Below, one piece after another: positions 17,711 to 27,363 of a stretch of DNA of 52,310 nucleotides; within the stretch, counting starts at the first letter, position 1; each line of letters begins with the position of its first letter. The stretch is from Betaproteobacteria bacterium (GTDB taxonomy: Bacteria > Pseudomonadota > Gammaproteobacteria > Burkholderiales > Ga0077523): the NCBI GenBank assembly GCA_031393885.1, contig JANMWG010000193.1, forward strand, positions 1 through 52,310, read 5' to 3'. The notes beneath the pieces are model-generated. The model was not told where the DNA came from and searched no databases. It saw only the letters and a list, made by a program, of their open reading frames with translations. Position numbers and translations under genes: made by a program.

Positions 17711-19768
17711 CTACCGCACCACCCCCACCACCCCCAGGATGAACGCATAGGTGAACGCGATCTCCTTCAGATAGTCGTAGCGGCCCGAGGCGCCGGCATG
17801 GCCGGCGTCCATGTTGGTCTTGAGCAGCAGCGGATTGCCGTCGGTCTTCAGCGTGCGCAGTTTCGCCACGTATTTTGCCGGCTCCCAGTACATCACCTGG
17901 CTGTCGTTGAGCGAGGTCTCCACCAGTATCGCCGGGTAGTCCTGCGCGATGAGATTGTCGTAGGGTGAATACGATTTCATGTAGGCGTAGGCGGCCGGTT
18001 CGTTCGGATTGCCCCACTCCTCGTATTCGCCAGTGGTGAGCGGCAGCGTATCGTCGAGCATGGTGTTGATCACGTCGACGAACGGCACCTGCGACACGAC
18101 CGCGCGGAACAGGTCCGGGCGCAGATTCGCCACCGCCCCCATCAACAGCCCGCCGGCGGAACCACCCTCGATCACCAGCCGGTCGCGCGCGGTGTAGCCG
18201 CTGTTGATCACCTTCTCCGCGCAGGCGATGAAATCGGTGAAGGTGTTCTTCTTGTTCATCATCCGGCCGGCGTCGTGCCAGCGCTTGCCCATGTCGCCAC
18301 CGCCGCGCACGTGCGCCAGTGCAAACACCATGCCGCGATCGAGCAGCGACAGCCGGCCCGAGCTGAAGCTCACGCTCTCCGGGTAGCCATACGAGCCGTA
18401 TCCCGACAACAGCATCGGCGATGGCGCCGCACCATGCCGGTCGGCGCGATAGACCATCGACACCGGAATGCGCTCGCCGTCAGCGGCGATGGCGTGCACG
18501 AGTTCGCTGCGATAGGCGCTCGCGTCGTAGCCGCCGACCACCTCCTGCTGCTTGAGCAGCACGCGGCTGCGCGCATTCATGTCGTAGTCGAACACCGAGT
18601 CCGGGGTGACGAACGACTCGTAACCGAAGCGGAAGACGTCGGTGTCGAACTCCGGATTGCCGCCGCCGTAGGCGCTGTACGCCGGCTCCGGAAACTCGAT
18701 CTCGTGCCGCGCACCGGTATCGAACCGGACCACCGCCAGCCGGGGAAAGGCGTCGCGGCGCTCGTGCAGCACGTAGTGGCGCGCGAACAGGTCGGCCGCC
18801 TCGAGCATGGTGTCGTCGCGATGGGCGACAACCTGCTTCCACCCGGCCTCGCGGCAGTCGGCGACCGGCGCGCGAACCATGCGGAAATTGCGCCCGCGAT
18901 CGTTGGTCACGATGTAGAAGTGATCGCCGTGATGATCGAGGTAGTACTCGTGGTCCTGGCGACGCGGCACCGCCAGCACCGGCGCGGCATCGGGCTCGGT
19001 CGCGGGCACGAAGCGCACTTCGGTGGTGGTGGCGCTGTGGGCGGTGATGAACACGAAGCCCAGACTGCGCGACAGCTCGACGCCGACGCTGAAGCGCTCG
19101 TCGGTTTCCTCGTACAGCAAGGTGTGGTCGGTGCTGCCGAGGCGATGCCGCCATACCCGGCTCGAGCGCTTGGTCTGATCCTCGGTCACGTAGAACAGCG
19201 TCGAGCTGTCGGCCGACCACGCGATCGACCGTGCCTTGGGCACCTCAAGGTCGAGCATCCGGCCGGAGGCAAGACTCTTCAGGCGCAGCGTGTATTCGCG
19301 AAACCCGGTGAAGTCGGCCGAGAACGCCAGCAGCTTCGCGTCCGGGCTCACGTCGAGCGCGCCCAGACCGAGATACTTCTGGCCGCGCGCGAGCCGGTTC
19401 GCATCGAGGATGACCTGCTCCGGCGCGTCGAGGCTGCGATGCTTGCGGCAATAGATGCCGTACTGCCGCCCCTTCTGCGTGCGCGAGTAGTACCAGAACT
19501 CGCCCTCGCGGTAGGGCACGCCCATGTCGGTTTCCTTGATGCGCCCGAGCATCTCGCGATAGAGCGTCTTTTGCAGCGCCCGCGACGGCTTCATCATCGC
19601 TTCGGTGTAGGCGTTCTCGGCTTCGAGATGGGCGGTCACCGCCGGCGTGCCCTTGTCGCGCAGCCAGAAGTAGTCGTCGCGGCGACGGTCGCCGTGATGG
19701 GTGAAGTGGCGCGGCTTGCGGGCGGCGACGGGTGGAACGGGCGGCATTGCTGGCATGGCGAAGGGCAT
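17711..19768 (-). CDS. ptrB: Oligopeptidase B (S9A)
   Basis: DDYFWLRD, GGSAGG nucleophile, EYEEWGNP, NDSQV, AGH; start approximate. Confidence 0.93.
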   Translation of the reverse strand: MPFAMPAMPPVPPVAARKPRHFTHHGDRRRDDYFWLRDKGTPAVTAHLEAENAYTEAMMKPSRALQKTLYREMLGRIKETDMGVPYREGEFWYYSRTQKGRQYGIYCRKHRSLDAPEQVILDANRLARGQKYLGLGALDVSPDAKLLAFSADFTGFREYTLRLKSLASGRMLDLEVPKARSIAWSADSSTLFYVTEDQTKRSSRVWRHRLGSTDHTLLYEETDERFSVGVELSRSLGFVFITAHSATTTEVRFVPATEPDAAPVLAVPRRQDHEYYLDHHGDHFYIVTNDRGRNFRMVRAPVADCREAGWKQVVAHRDDTMLEAADLFARHYVLHERRDAFPRLAVVRFDTGARHEIEFPEPAYSAYGGGNPEFDTDVFRFGYESFVTPDSVFDYDMNARSRVLLKQQEVVGGYDASAYRSELVHAIAADGERIPVSMVYRADRHGAAPSPMLLSGYGSYGYPESVSFSSGRLSLLDRGMVFALAHVRGGGDMGKRWHDAGRMMNKKNTFTDFIACAEKVINSGYTARDRLVIEGGSAGGLLMGAVANLRPDLFRAVVSQVPFVDVINTMLDDTLPLTTGEYEEWGNPNEPAAYAYMKSYSPYDNLIAQDYPAILVETSLNDSQVMYWEPAKYVAKLRTLKTDGNPLLLKTNMDAGHAGASGRYDYLKEIAFTYAFILGVVGVVR

Positions 19769-19936
19769 CTGGAGAAGGGTTTCAACGTCGGGCGCCGCCC
19801 GGCATTGACCTGGCGACCCGCCAGGACTCGATCCGCTCGCGACGCCCAGGGTCGCGGCGCAGCATACCGGAAGCGGGTGGCCCGAAACACGCCACCGGGC
19901 TAGAATCGTGGGTGGTTCACTTGAATTTTCAGGGGC

Positions 19937-20137
19937 ATGAGCCGCATGGAAAAATACGAATCCGAGACCACGCTGTTTCTGCGCGATTTTCTGGCGCGCC
20001 ATCCGGACGTGGTCGAGAAGCAGAAGAAGGCCCGCGCAACGTGGTGGGACAAGACGCTCGACGCCGACCAGCAGCGTGCCTTCGCGGCATCCGCGGTGCC
20101 CAAGAAGCCGTACGAGTACTACAGCAAAGAAGATTGA
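19937..20137 (+). CDS. DUF3460 family protein
   Basis: YESETTLFL...KARATWWDK...VPKKPYEY. Confidence 0.8.
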   Translation: MSRMEKYESETTLFLRDFLARHPDVVEKQKKARATWWDKTLDADQQRAFAASAVPKKPYEYYSKED

Positions 20138-20244
20138 TGCCGATGTGGCGCCGGATCGACCCCATCGGGGGCCGCAACGGTAGTCATGTTCGTCGATTGC
20201 CGGGTCTGGCCAGACCCGGGGCGCGCCATGGAGGAAGTCCTGTG

Positions 20245-21723
20245 ATGAAACGTCGTTTCCTTGCCCCGCTGCTGTTCGCGGCCCTGCTGCCGTGGACCAT
20301 GATGCCGGCCCACGCCGGCTGGGAAGAAGCGGTGGCCGCCTACAACAAGGGCGACTACGGCGTCGCCGCGAAGGAGTTTCGGCCGTTCGCCGAACAGGGT
20401 CAGGCCACCGCCCAGTACATCCTGGGCTGGATCCACCAGAACGGCGAAGGTGTCACCAAAGACGAAGCCGAAGCCGCGAAGTGGTATCTCAAGGCCGGCG
20501 AGAAGGGCAACGCCGACGCGCAGTACGCGCTCGGCTCGCTGTATGCCGCCGGGGCCGGCGTCAAGCGCGACGACGCCGAAGCCGTGAAGTGGTTCCGCAA
20601 GGCGGCCGACCAGAACAAGGCCGGCGCGCAATACCTTCTCGGGTACATGCTTTCCGCCGGCGAAGGCGCCGCCAAGAACGAAACCGAAGGCACATCGTGG
20701 TACCGCAAGGCGGCCGAGCAGGGCCTGCCCGAGGCCCAATACGCGCTGGCGCTGGCGTTGTCCGACGGCCGCGGCATCACCAAGGACGACCAGGAAGCCA
20801 ACCAGTGGTATCGCAAGGCGGCGGATCAGGGCAATGTCGATGCGGCCTACCTGCTCGGCTTCAACTATGAGGCGGGTCGCGGTGTGATCCCCGACTACGC
20901 GGAGGCGGTCCGCTGGTATCGGAAGGCCGCCGACAAGAACAATGTCGAAGCCCAGTATCACCTCGCCGCGCTGATCCGCGATGGCAAGGGGGCGGAGCGC
21001 AACGACGCCGAGGCGCTGGCACTGTTCAAGAAAGCGGCCGAAGCCGGGCAGCCCTACACCCCCACCGCCATCGACGAGTACATCAAGAAAGGCAAACCGG
21101 ATCTGGCGTTCGACCTGGGCGACACCTGGCTCGGCAAACGCCCGGACGACGTGGCCCTGCTCACCATGCTCGGCTTTTCGGCGGCTGGCGAAGCGCGCGC
21201 CAATCCCGCCAAGTACGCCGCAGTGGCCAAGAAGTACGGTGAGCGGGCGATCGCGAAGATCGAGGCCGATAAGCGTCCGGAACGCATGACGCCGGCCGAG
21301 TGGACCGAATACCGCACCAAGTGGCTGCCCCAGCTATACGTGCAACTCGCGGGGCTGTCGTCCAAGGCCGGCGATATCGCCGGCTCGCGCGCCAAGCTCG
21401 AACGCGCGAGCCAGCTCAATCCCAACGATGCCTACACCTGGTACCTGCTCGGCCAGAATCACTTCGGCGAGTACGAGAAGCTCAATGCAGCAGCCCGGAC
21501 GCTCGATGGCGAACCCAAGATGGATGCCACCGGCAAGGCGTTCGCCAAGCTCGACCGGGTGATCGATGCCTATGCCCACGCCGTCGCCCTCTCGGAAAAC
21601 AAGGACACGCTGCGCGACCTGCACGACCCGCTACTCAAGGACCTCACCAGCCTCTACGATTTTCGCAACGGCTCGCGTTCGGGCCTCGACAACCTCATCG
21701 GCAAGTATCGCGGGCAGCAGTAG
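20245..21723 (+). CDS. Secreted Sel1-repeat protein with a C-terminal TPR-like helical region
   Basis: Signal peptide; six AQYxLG...GxG...EAxxWYRKAA repeats; TPR-like LNPNDAYTWYLLG. Confidence 0.88.
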   Translation: MKRRFLAPLLFAALLPWTMMPAHAGWEEAVAAYNKGDYGVAAKEFRPFAEQGQATAQYILGWIHQNGEGVTKDEAEAAKWYLKAGEKGNADAQYALGSLYAAGAGVKRDDAEAVKWFRKAADQNKAGAQYLLGYMLSAGEGAAKNETEGTSWYRKAAEQGLPEAQYALALALSDGRGITKDDQEANQWYRKAADQGNVDAAYLLGFNYEAGRGVIPDYAEAVRWYRKAADKNNVEAQYHLAALIRDGKGAERNDAEALALFKKAAEAGQPYTPTAIDEYIKKGKPDLAFDLGDTWLGKRPDDVALLTMLGFSAAGEARANPAKYAAVAKKYGERAIAKIEADKRPERMTPAEWTEYRTKWLPQLYVQLAGLSSKAGDIAGSRAKLERASQLNPNDAYTWYLLGQNHFGEYEKLNAAARTLDGEPKMDATGKAFAKLDRVIDAYAHAVALSENKDTLRDLHDPLLKDLTSLYDFRNGSRSGLDNLIGKYRGQQ

Positions 21724-21725
21724 CC

Positions 21726-22424
21726 TCAGCGCTTCTTGGGGGGAGTAGGGGTTGGTACCGCCTTCGGCACGGGCTTCGGCATGCCAACGGGCTTCGGCGC
21801 CGGCTTGGCGATCGGCGCACTGGGCTTGGACATCGGTGCGGGTACCGTGTCGAACTCCAGGTCGATTGCGAAGATCGGGCGCCGGCTCACGAAGCGGCCA
21901 CAATCGAGCCGCATGGCGCCGTCCGGGCCAGTCCAGGTGCGGGTGCGATGTTCGAGATATTCCTCGACCCGGGTCGCCAATGCGGGCTGCTGGCCGAACT
22001 TCTCGATCAGGGCATCGAGAACGGCCCGGCACCCCGGATAGCGCCGCTCGACCTGCGCCGGCTTGTCGCCGTCGCCTTCGCGCTCGAAACCCAGCGTGAC
22101 CAGACGCACCTTCCCGCCCTCCAGCGACATGCTGACCGACGTGACCTCGGCGCGGGTGTCGTCGGCCGCGAGCCGCACGACATAGCGACCGTCGCCTTGC
22201 TTCAGCAGGGCTTCGAAACGCGGAATGTCGTCGCCCGGCACCACGACACTGCCGGTGCCACGCTGCCAGAACTCGTGCCGCGACGCCGGAAAGAGCTCTC
22301 GCAAGGTGGCAGGATCGGTGTTCGGACCGATGCCGGCATAGTCGACGGCGCCGACCGCAACGGGACAAAACGCCGCCAGCACGACGGTGACGCAACGCAA
22401 CAGACAACGCGGGACAGGATTCAT
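21726..22424 (-). CDS. Hypothetical exported protein with Pro/Lys-rich tail
   Basis: Signal-like N-terminus and KPAPKPVGMPKPVPK tail; fills the gap between neighbours. Confidence 0.6.
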   Translation of the reverse strand: MNPVPRCLLRCVTVVLAAFCPVAVGAVDYAGIGPNTDPATLRELFPASRHEFWQRGTGSVVVPGDDIPRFEALLKQGDGRYVVRLAADDTRAEVTSVSMSLEGGKVRLVTLGFEREGDGDKPAQVERRYPGCRAVLDALIEKFGQQPALATRVEEYLEHRTRTWTGPDGAMRLDCGRFVSRRPIFAIDLEFDTVPAPMSKPSAPIAKPAPKPVGMPKPVPKAVPTPTPPKKR

Positions 22425-22533
22425 GACAAGGGAGCACGGTGCATAACCGGGAATATAAACTGACGCCGGTGGACCGGGTATTCCCCGACCGCGATTTTCC
22501 TTCCCGAAGCCAACACAACCACGCGAGGACGCC

Positions 22534-23133
22534 GTGCCCAAGATCATCGATTATTTCTTCTCTCCCATGTCGCCATGGACACACTTCGGCCACGCTCGTC
22601 TGCGCGCCATGGCCCGGGCACATGGCGCCACCGTGCGGGTCAAGCCGATCGACTTCGGGCGCGTGTTTCCGGTGTCCGGCGGACTGCCGCTCAAGCAGCG
22701 CCCGATGCAGCGGCAGCTCTACCGCATGTCCGAGCTGAAACGCTGGCGCGATCATCTCGGCATCCCGATCCGGCTCGAACCCAGATTCTTTCCGGCACCC
22801 ACCGACCTGGCCGCGAAGCTGATCATCAGCGCGGCGCCCGCCGGCGCCGAGGTCCAGCTCGATCTCGCCGGCGCCTGCCTGCGCGCCTGCTGGGAAGAAG
22901 ATCGCGATATCGGCGATGCCGCCACCCTTCAGGCGATCGCGACCGGCGTCGGCCTGGATGGCCCCGGATTGCTGGCGGGTGCCCAGGGTGACGCAGCGAA
23001 AGCCGCCTACGATGCGTTGACCGAGGAGGCGATCGCGTTGAATGTGTTCGGTGCGCCGACGTATCTGATCGACGGCGAGATCTTCTGGGGTCAAGACCGT
23101 CTCGACTTCGTCGAGCGCAAGCTGGCGTCCTGA
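22534..23133 (+). CDS. 2-hydroxychromene-2-carboxylate isomerase / kappa-GST (DsbA-like) family
   Basis: IDYFFSPMSPW, ELKRW, VFGAPTY, FWGQDRL. Confidence 0.9.
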   Translation: MPKIIDYFFSPMSPWTHFGHARLRAMARAHGATVRVKPIDFGRVFPVSGGLPLKQRPMQRQLYRMSELKRWRDHLGIPIRLEPRFFPAPTDLAAKLIISAAPAGAEVQLDLAGACLRACWEEDRDIGDAATLQAIATGVGLDGPGLLAGAQGDAAKAAYDALTEEAIALNVFGAPTYLIDGEIFWGQDRLDFVERKLAS

Positions 23134-23151
23134 CGCCGACGCCAGGCCTGA

Positions 23152-23210
23152 CCGCCCTTGAGGACGCTGGCCCCCTTCAAGGGAGTGGCGAGCAAAGCGA
23201 GCCTGGGGCG
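23152..23210 (-). repeat. Diverged repeat copy
   Basis: Minus strand CCCCAGGCTCGCTTTGCTCGCCACTCCCTTGAAGGGGGCCAGCGTCCTC. Confidence 0.65.
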
Positions 23211-23280
23211 CGTGCTTGTCCAGCTTGCGCTGCGAGGCGCGCCGGTGCATGCCGAGCGCCTGGGCGGCCACCGAAGCGTT
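23208..23280 (-). pseudogene. Remnant of a RegA/PrrA/ActR-type response regulator HTH
   Basis: NASVAAQALGMHRRASQRKLDK resembles the RegA C-terminal N-x-S-x-x-A-R-x-L-G-M-H-R-R-T-L-Q-R-K-L. Confidence 0.6.
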
Positions 23281-23411
23281 CGATTGCCGATGCCACGATC
23301 ATCAGACCGACGTCCCGGCCGTCGGCCTTGGCGTGGTAGTGGCCGCGGTACTACTGGAGAAATAATGGATAGAAAAGTCGTGGCGATCCGGTCGCCACGG
23401 TCACTGCAATC

Positions 23412-24119
23412 CTAATGAGACTCCACGGTGTCGATACCCACGAACTCATCGGCCAGTGCAGCGATGCCCTCGTGCGCCACCTCGCGGATGAAGGCGCCCT
23501 TCTGGATGACCAGCACCCGGTCCGACAGCCGGCCGATGAACTCGATGGACTGCTCCACCAGCACCACGGTCAAGCCCCGGCTTTGCCGCAACCGCAGCAG
23601 CGTGTCGCCGATCTCGTCCACGATCGAGGGCTGGATGCCCTCGGTGGGCTCATCGAGCAGCACGATCTTCGGTTCCCCGCACAGGCACCGCGCCAGTGCC
23701 AGGATCTGCTGCTCGCCGCCGCTCAACACCCCGCCGGCGCGCTCCAGGATCGGTTTCAGCCGCGGGAAGTCGTCGAGCACCGCCGCGATCACGGTGTCCG
23801 GTGTCGCGCTGTGGATCGCCCCCATGCGCAGGTTCTCCTGCACGCTCAAGCCGCCGAAGATCTCGCGCCCCTGCGGTACGAATCCCAGCCCCAGCCGCGC
23901 GCGCTGGTGCGGCGCCGCCAGGCTCACGTCGTGGCCCCCGAGAATGACCTTGCCCGCGGTGGACTTGATGTGCCCCGCAAGGGTGCGCATGAGCGTGGTC
24001 TTGCCCATGCCGTTGTGGCCGAACACGCCCACGAACTCACCCTGCTTCACCGTCAGGCCGATCCCCATCAGGATCGGGATGCGGCCGTAGCCGGCTTTAA
24101 GCCCGGTCACTTCGAGCAT
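23412..24119 (-). CDS. ABC transporter ATPase (LivF/UrtE-like)
   Basis: GHNGMGKT, VPQGREIF, LSGGEQQ, LLDEPTEGIQP. Confidence 0.92.
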   Translation of the reverse strand: MLEVTGLKAGYGRIPILMGIGLTVKQGEFVGVFGHNGMGKTTLMRTLAGHIKSTAGKVILGGHDVSLAAPHQRARLGLGFVPQGREIFGGLSVQENLRMGAIHSATPDTVIAAVLDDFPRLKPILERAGGVLSGGEQQILALARCLCGEPKIVLLDEPTEGIQPSIVDEIGDTLLRLRQSRGLTVVLVEQSIEFIGRLSDRVLVIQKGAFIREVAHEGIAALADEFVGIDTVESH

Positions 24120-24124
24120 GTCGG

Positions 24125-24358
24125 TGTCCGCAGGGTTGCCCGCCGGGGCCATGCCCCCGAGAACGCCGAACGAAGGGAATTTCTCCAACGAAGGGGCAGC
24201 ATCCGCAGGGTTTCCCGAGGATTGCTGCGCCCCCTCGGGGAAGCCGCAGCGCAGCGCAGGCTGGGGGTGGAAGTCACGGTGCCCACAGGGCTCCCCGAGG
24301 ACACCGGCCCCCTGGAGGGGGAAGCCGCAGCGCAGCGCAGGCTGGGGGTGGACGTCAC
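24125..24358 (-). repeat. Two tandem repeat copies plus 3' tail, read as an 83-codon mini-ORF (24358-24107)
   Basis: Two GTGAC(G/T)TCCACCCCCAGCCTGCGCTGCGCTGCGGCTTCCCC units; the first GTG lies 1 nt after the upstream TGA. Confidence 0.85.
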
Positions 24359-24359
24359 C

Positions 24360-25106
24360 TCAGGCTACCTTGCGCTTGCCGAGGTACACGTCGCGGACGC
24401 GCTGGTCGCGCAGCACGATCTCGGCGTCGTCTTCCATGAGCACCTGTCCCTGGTGCAGCACGGTAACCGTGCGCGCGATCATGCGGATGAACTGCATGTC
24501 GTGCTCCACCACGATCAAGGACCGCGTCCCGCGCAGCCGGATCACCAGCGCGGCCAGGTGCTCGACCTCTTCGTGCGTCATCCCGGCTGCCGGCTCGTCG
24601 AGCAGGATCAGGTCGGGCTCGGCCGCGGTCACCATGGCCAGTTCCACGATCTGCCGCTGGCCGTGCGCCAGTTGCCCCACCATGCGGTTGGCCAAGTGCG
24701 CGATGCCCATGGTCTCGAGCACTTGGTCCACCGCCGCCGGGATCTCCCAGCGCCGTCCGCCCACGGTGGCAATACGCCGCTTCACCGCCAGCCACACGTG
24801 CTCGCGCGCGGTCAGCCCGTTGTACAGGCTGGGCACCTGGGTCTTGATGCCGATGCCGCGCCGCGCGATGTCCACGCTGGGCAGGCCGCCAATCGAGGCA
24901 TCCTTGAACCGGATCTCGCCCGCGCTGGGTTTAAGTTGCCCGGTCAGGCACTTGAAGAACGTGCTCTTGCCCGCGCCGTTGGGCCCCACCAGGCAGCGCA
25001 ACTCGCCCGCGGCAATGCCGAAGTCGATCCCGCGCAGCACCTCGACCCCGCCGAAGCGCATCACCAGGCCACGGGTTTCGATGACCGGGTTTGACACCGG
25101 GGTCAT
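24360..25106 (-). CDS. ABC transporter ATPase (LivG/UrtD-like)
   Basis: GPNGAGKST, LAHGQRQ, LLDEPAAGM, VEHDM. Confidence 0.92.
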   Translation of the reverse strand: MTPVSNPVIETRGLVMRFGGVEVLRGIDFGIAAGELRCLVGPNGAGKSTFFKCLTGQLKPSAGEIRFKDASIGGLPSVDIARRGIGIKTQVPSLYNGLTAREHVWLAVKRRIATVGGRRWEIPAAVDQVLETMGIAHLANRMVGQLAHGQRQIVELAMVTAAEPDLILLDEPAAGMTHEEVEHLAALVIRLRGTRSLIVVEHDMQFIRMIARTVTVLHQGQVLMEDDAEIVLRDQRVRDVYLGKRKVA

Positions 25107-25127
25107 GGGTTCAGGCGCCGGGCGTCA

Positions 25128-26261
25128 TCAGCGCGCCCCGGCGTTGGCCGCGGGGTGCTGCACCGTGGTGGCCGCCTGCAACGCAGGCTCGGTGCCACTG
25201 GCCGATGGCGGCGTTGCCACGCTCGGTGATGCGACCGGGCCCGGTGATGCCGGTGCGCTGGGCACGGCGTGCTGGCGCGGCTCGCGCAGCCGCTCCCACC
25301 AGCCTTGCAGCACCGGTTGAATCCCCTTGGGCACCAGCAGCACGAACACGATCAGGATGGTCCCGAGCGCCACGTTCGGATCCAGCCCCTGCAGCGTGCC
25401 CAACTTGGCCACGATCATCTGCAGCGCGATCGAGCCTGCGATCGGTCCCAGCAGCGTGCCCAATCCTCCCACCGTGACCCAGATGATCACCTGCGCGTTG
25501 TAGAACAGGCTGAACATGGTCGGGCTCACGAATACGCAGTTGGCGAACAGGATGCCAGCCATGCCTGCGATCGCGCCGCCGATGGTGAAGATACCCAGCT
25601 TGTAGCGGCGCACGTCGTAGCCCAGCAGTTCGCTGCGTGTCTCGTTCTCCCGGATCGAGATCACCACCCGGCCGAACCCGGTGGTGAGCAGCCAGCGCGA
25701 ACCCGCGTACAGCATCAGCAGCAGGGTCGAGGCGATGTACCAGATGTCTTCGGGCGCCAGTTGCGTGCCTACGTCCCACGGCAGGTTCAGCGGCGGGGTC
25801 GAGGGGATGCCGTTGAAGCCCCCCAGCGCGGCCCGGCCGATCTTGTAGGCGTCACCGGCGGTGGCGTTGAAGAACTTGAAGAAGATCAGCGTCATGGTCA
25901 GCGTGATCACCCCCAGGTAGACATCGCCGATGCGGCCCCAGAAGATGAAGTAGCCCACCAGCGCGGCCACCAGCGCGGGCAGCACCATGGCCAGCACGAT
26001 GGCCCAGGTGGAATCGCCGAAGTTGATCGCGCAAATGGCGTAGGTGTAGCCACCCAAACCGAAGAAGGCAGCCTGGCCGAAGCACAGGATGCCACCATAG
26101 CCCCAGATCAGCGCCAGGCTCAACGTCAGGATCGCCATGCTCACGTAGATCGTGGCGTTGATCAGGGTGAACAGCTCGAGCACGTGCGGCAGGGCGAAGA
26201 TCGCCACCACCGACAGGGCCAGGCCGGCCACCCATCCCACTACTTTGAGCGGAGCGTTCAT
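25128..26261 (-). CDS. ABC transporter permease (LivM/UrtC-like)
   Basis: LIWGYGGILCFGQAAFFGLG, IRENETR, VGGLGTLLGP; Pro/Ala-rich tail. Confidence 0.9.
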   Translation of the reverse strand: MNAPLKVVGWVAGLALSVVAIFALPHVLELFTLINATIYVSMAILTLSLALIWGYGGILCFGQAAFFGLGGYTYAICAINFGDSTWAIVLAMVLPALVAALVGYFIFWGRIGDVYLGVITLTMTLIFFKFFNATAGDAYKIGRAALGGFNGIPSTPPLNLPWDVGTQLAPEDIWYIASTLLLMLYAGSRWLLTTGFGRVVISIRENETRSELLGYDVRRYKLGIFTIGGAIAGMAGILFANCVFVSPTMFSLFYNAQVIIWVTVGGLGTLLGPIAGSIALQMIVAKLGTLQGLDPNVALGTILIVFVLLVPKGIQPVLQGWWERLREPRQHAVPSAPASPGPVASPSVATPPSASGTEPALQAATTVQHPAANAGAR

Positions 26262-26377
26262 CGCCTCACAACGCCGCCTCTCAGAACCATCGGGGATATT
26301 CCACCGTGGTCGTGGTCGGCGGCCGGCACCGCTCGGCTGACTGTCGATCCCCCTGCGGGGGCCCCGCGCCAGGTGCC

Positions 26378-27244
26378 TCACAGGGCCCGCCGGAAGAACC
26401 GGCCGGTGATGCCCTGCGGCAGGATGCGCAGCAGCACGATCGCCGCGAACAGCAAGGTGATCTCCCCCACCACGGGCGTTGCCACGAAGGTCGCCAGCGT
26501 GTTCAGCGACCCCAGCAGCGTGCTCGCCGACAGCGTCCCGGCAATGATCGCCGACCCGCCGCTGATTACGGTGATGAACGCCTTGGCCACGTACGCCACT
26601 CCCATCGTGGGCAGCACCCCCGATAGCGGCGCGATCAAGGCGCCTGCCAAGCCGCTCAATGCCGCACCGGCCCCGAAGGTCACCATGTACACCGTGTTGG
26701 TGCTGATCCCCAGCGACGCGGCCATCGCCGGGTTCTGCATCGTCGCGCGCGCGATCAACCCGGCCTTGGTCAGGCGCAGGATCGCCATCAAGCCCCCCAG
26801 CACCGCCACCACGATCACCACCAGCACCAGCTCATACAGGCTGGTCCGGTATTGCCCGATGGTCACGCCGCCCAGCGGCGCCGACACCCCGGTGGTGGTG
26901 TTGCCGAAGATCATGGTCGCCGCGCCGATGAGCAACAGGCTCAGGCCCCAGGTGGCCAGCATGGTGTCGATCATCCGGCCATACAGGAACCGGATCACGG
27001 TGCGCTCCACCACGATCCCCACCACCCCCACGAACAGCGGTGCCAGCAGCAGCATCGCCACCCACAGGTTCACCCCCCACCTGGTGGCGTAGATCACCGC
27101 ATAACCGCCCAGCATGATGAACTCGCCGTGCGCCAGGTTGATCACCCGCATCATGCCGAAGATCACCGCCAGCCCGACGCTGATGAGCGCCAGGCTCGCC
27201 ACCGCGGTGATCACTTGCAAGATGATGATGACAACCAGGTCCAT
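26378..27244 (-). CDS. ABC transporter permease (LivH/UrtB-like)
   Basis: GLAVIFGMMRVINLAHGEFIMLG, LATWGLSL, RATMQN. Confidence 0.9.
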   Translation of the reverse strand: MDLVVIIILQVITAVASLALISVGLAVIFGMMRVINLAHGEFIMLGGYAVIYATRWGVNLWVAMLLLAPLFVGVVGIVVERTVIRFLYGRMIDTMLATWGLSLLLIGAATMIFGNTTTGVSAPLGGVTIGQYRTSLYELVLVVIVVAVLGGLMAILRLTKAGLIARATMQNPAMAASLGISTNTVYMVTFGAGAALSGLAGALIAPLSGVLPTMGVAYVAKAFITVISGGSAIIAGTLSASTLLGSLNTLATFVATPVVGEITLLFAAIVLLRILPQGITGRFFRRAL

Positions 27245-27277
27245 CGCTACTACCCCCCCGACAAATCTTTGCAGCAG

Positions 27278-27363
27278 GCCAGCGCCCACAGGGTCCCCCG
27301 AGGACGCTGTGCCCCCTCGGGGGGAAGGCGAAGCGCAGCGCAGCCTGGGGGGGACGTCCTCAT
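27278..27363 (-). repeat. Stop-anchored repeat without the nested module; start of a 37-aa mini-ORF (27363-27250)
   Basis: ATGAGGACGTCCCCCCCAGGCTGCGCTGCGCTTCGCCTTCCCCCCGAGGGGGCACAGCGTCCTCGGGGGACCCTGTGGGCGCT. Confidence 0.85.
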
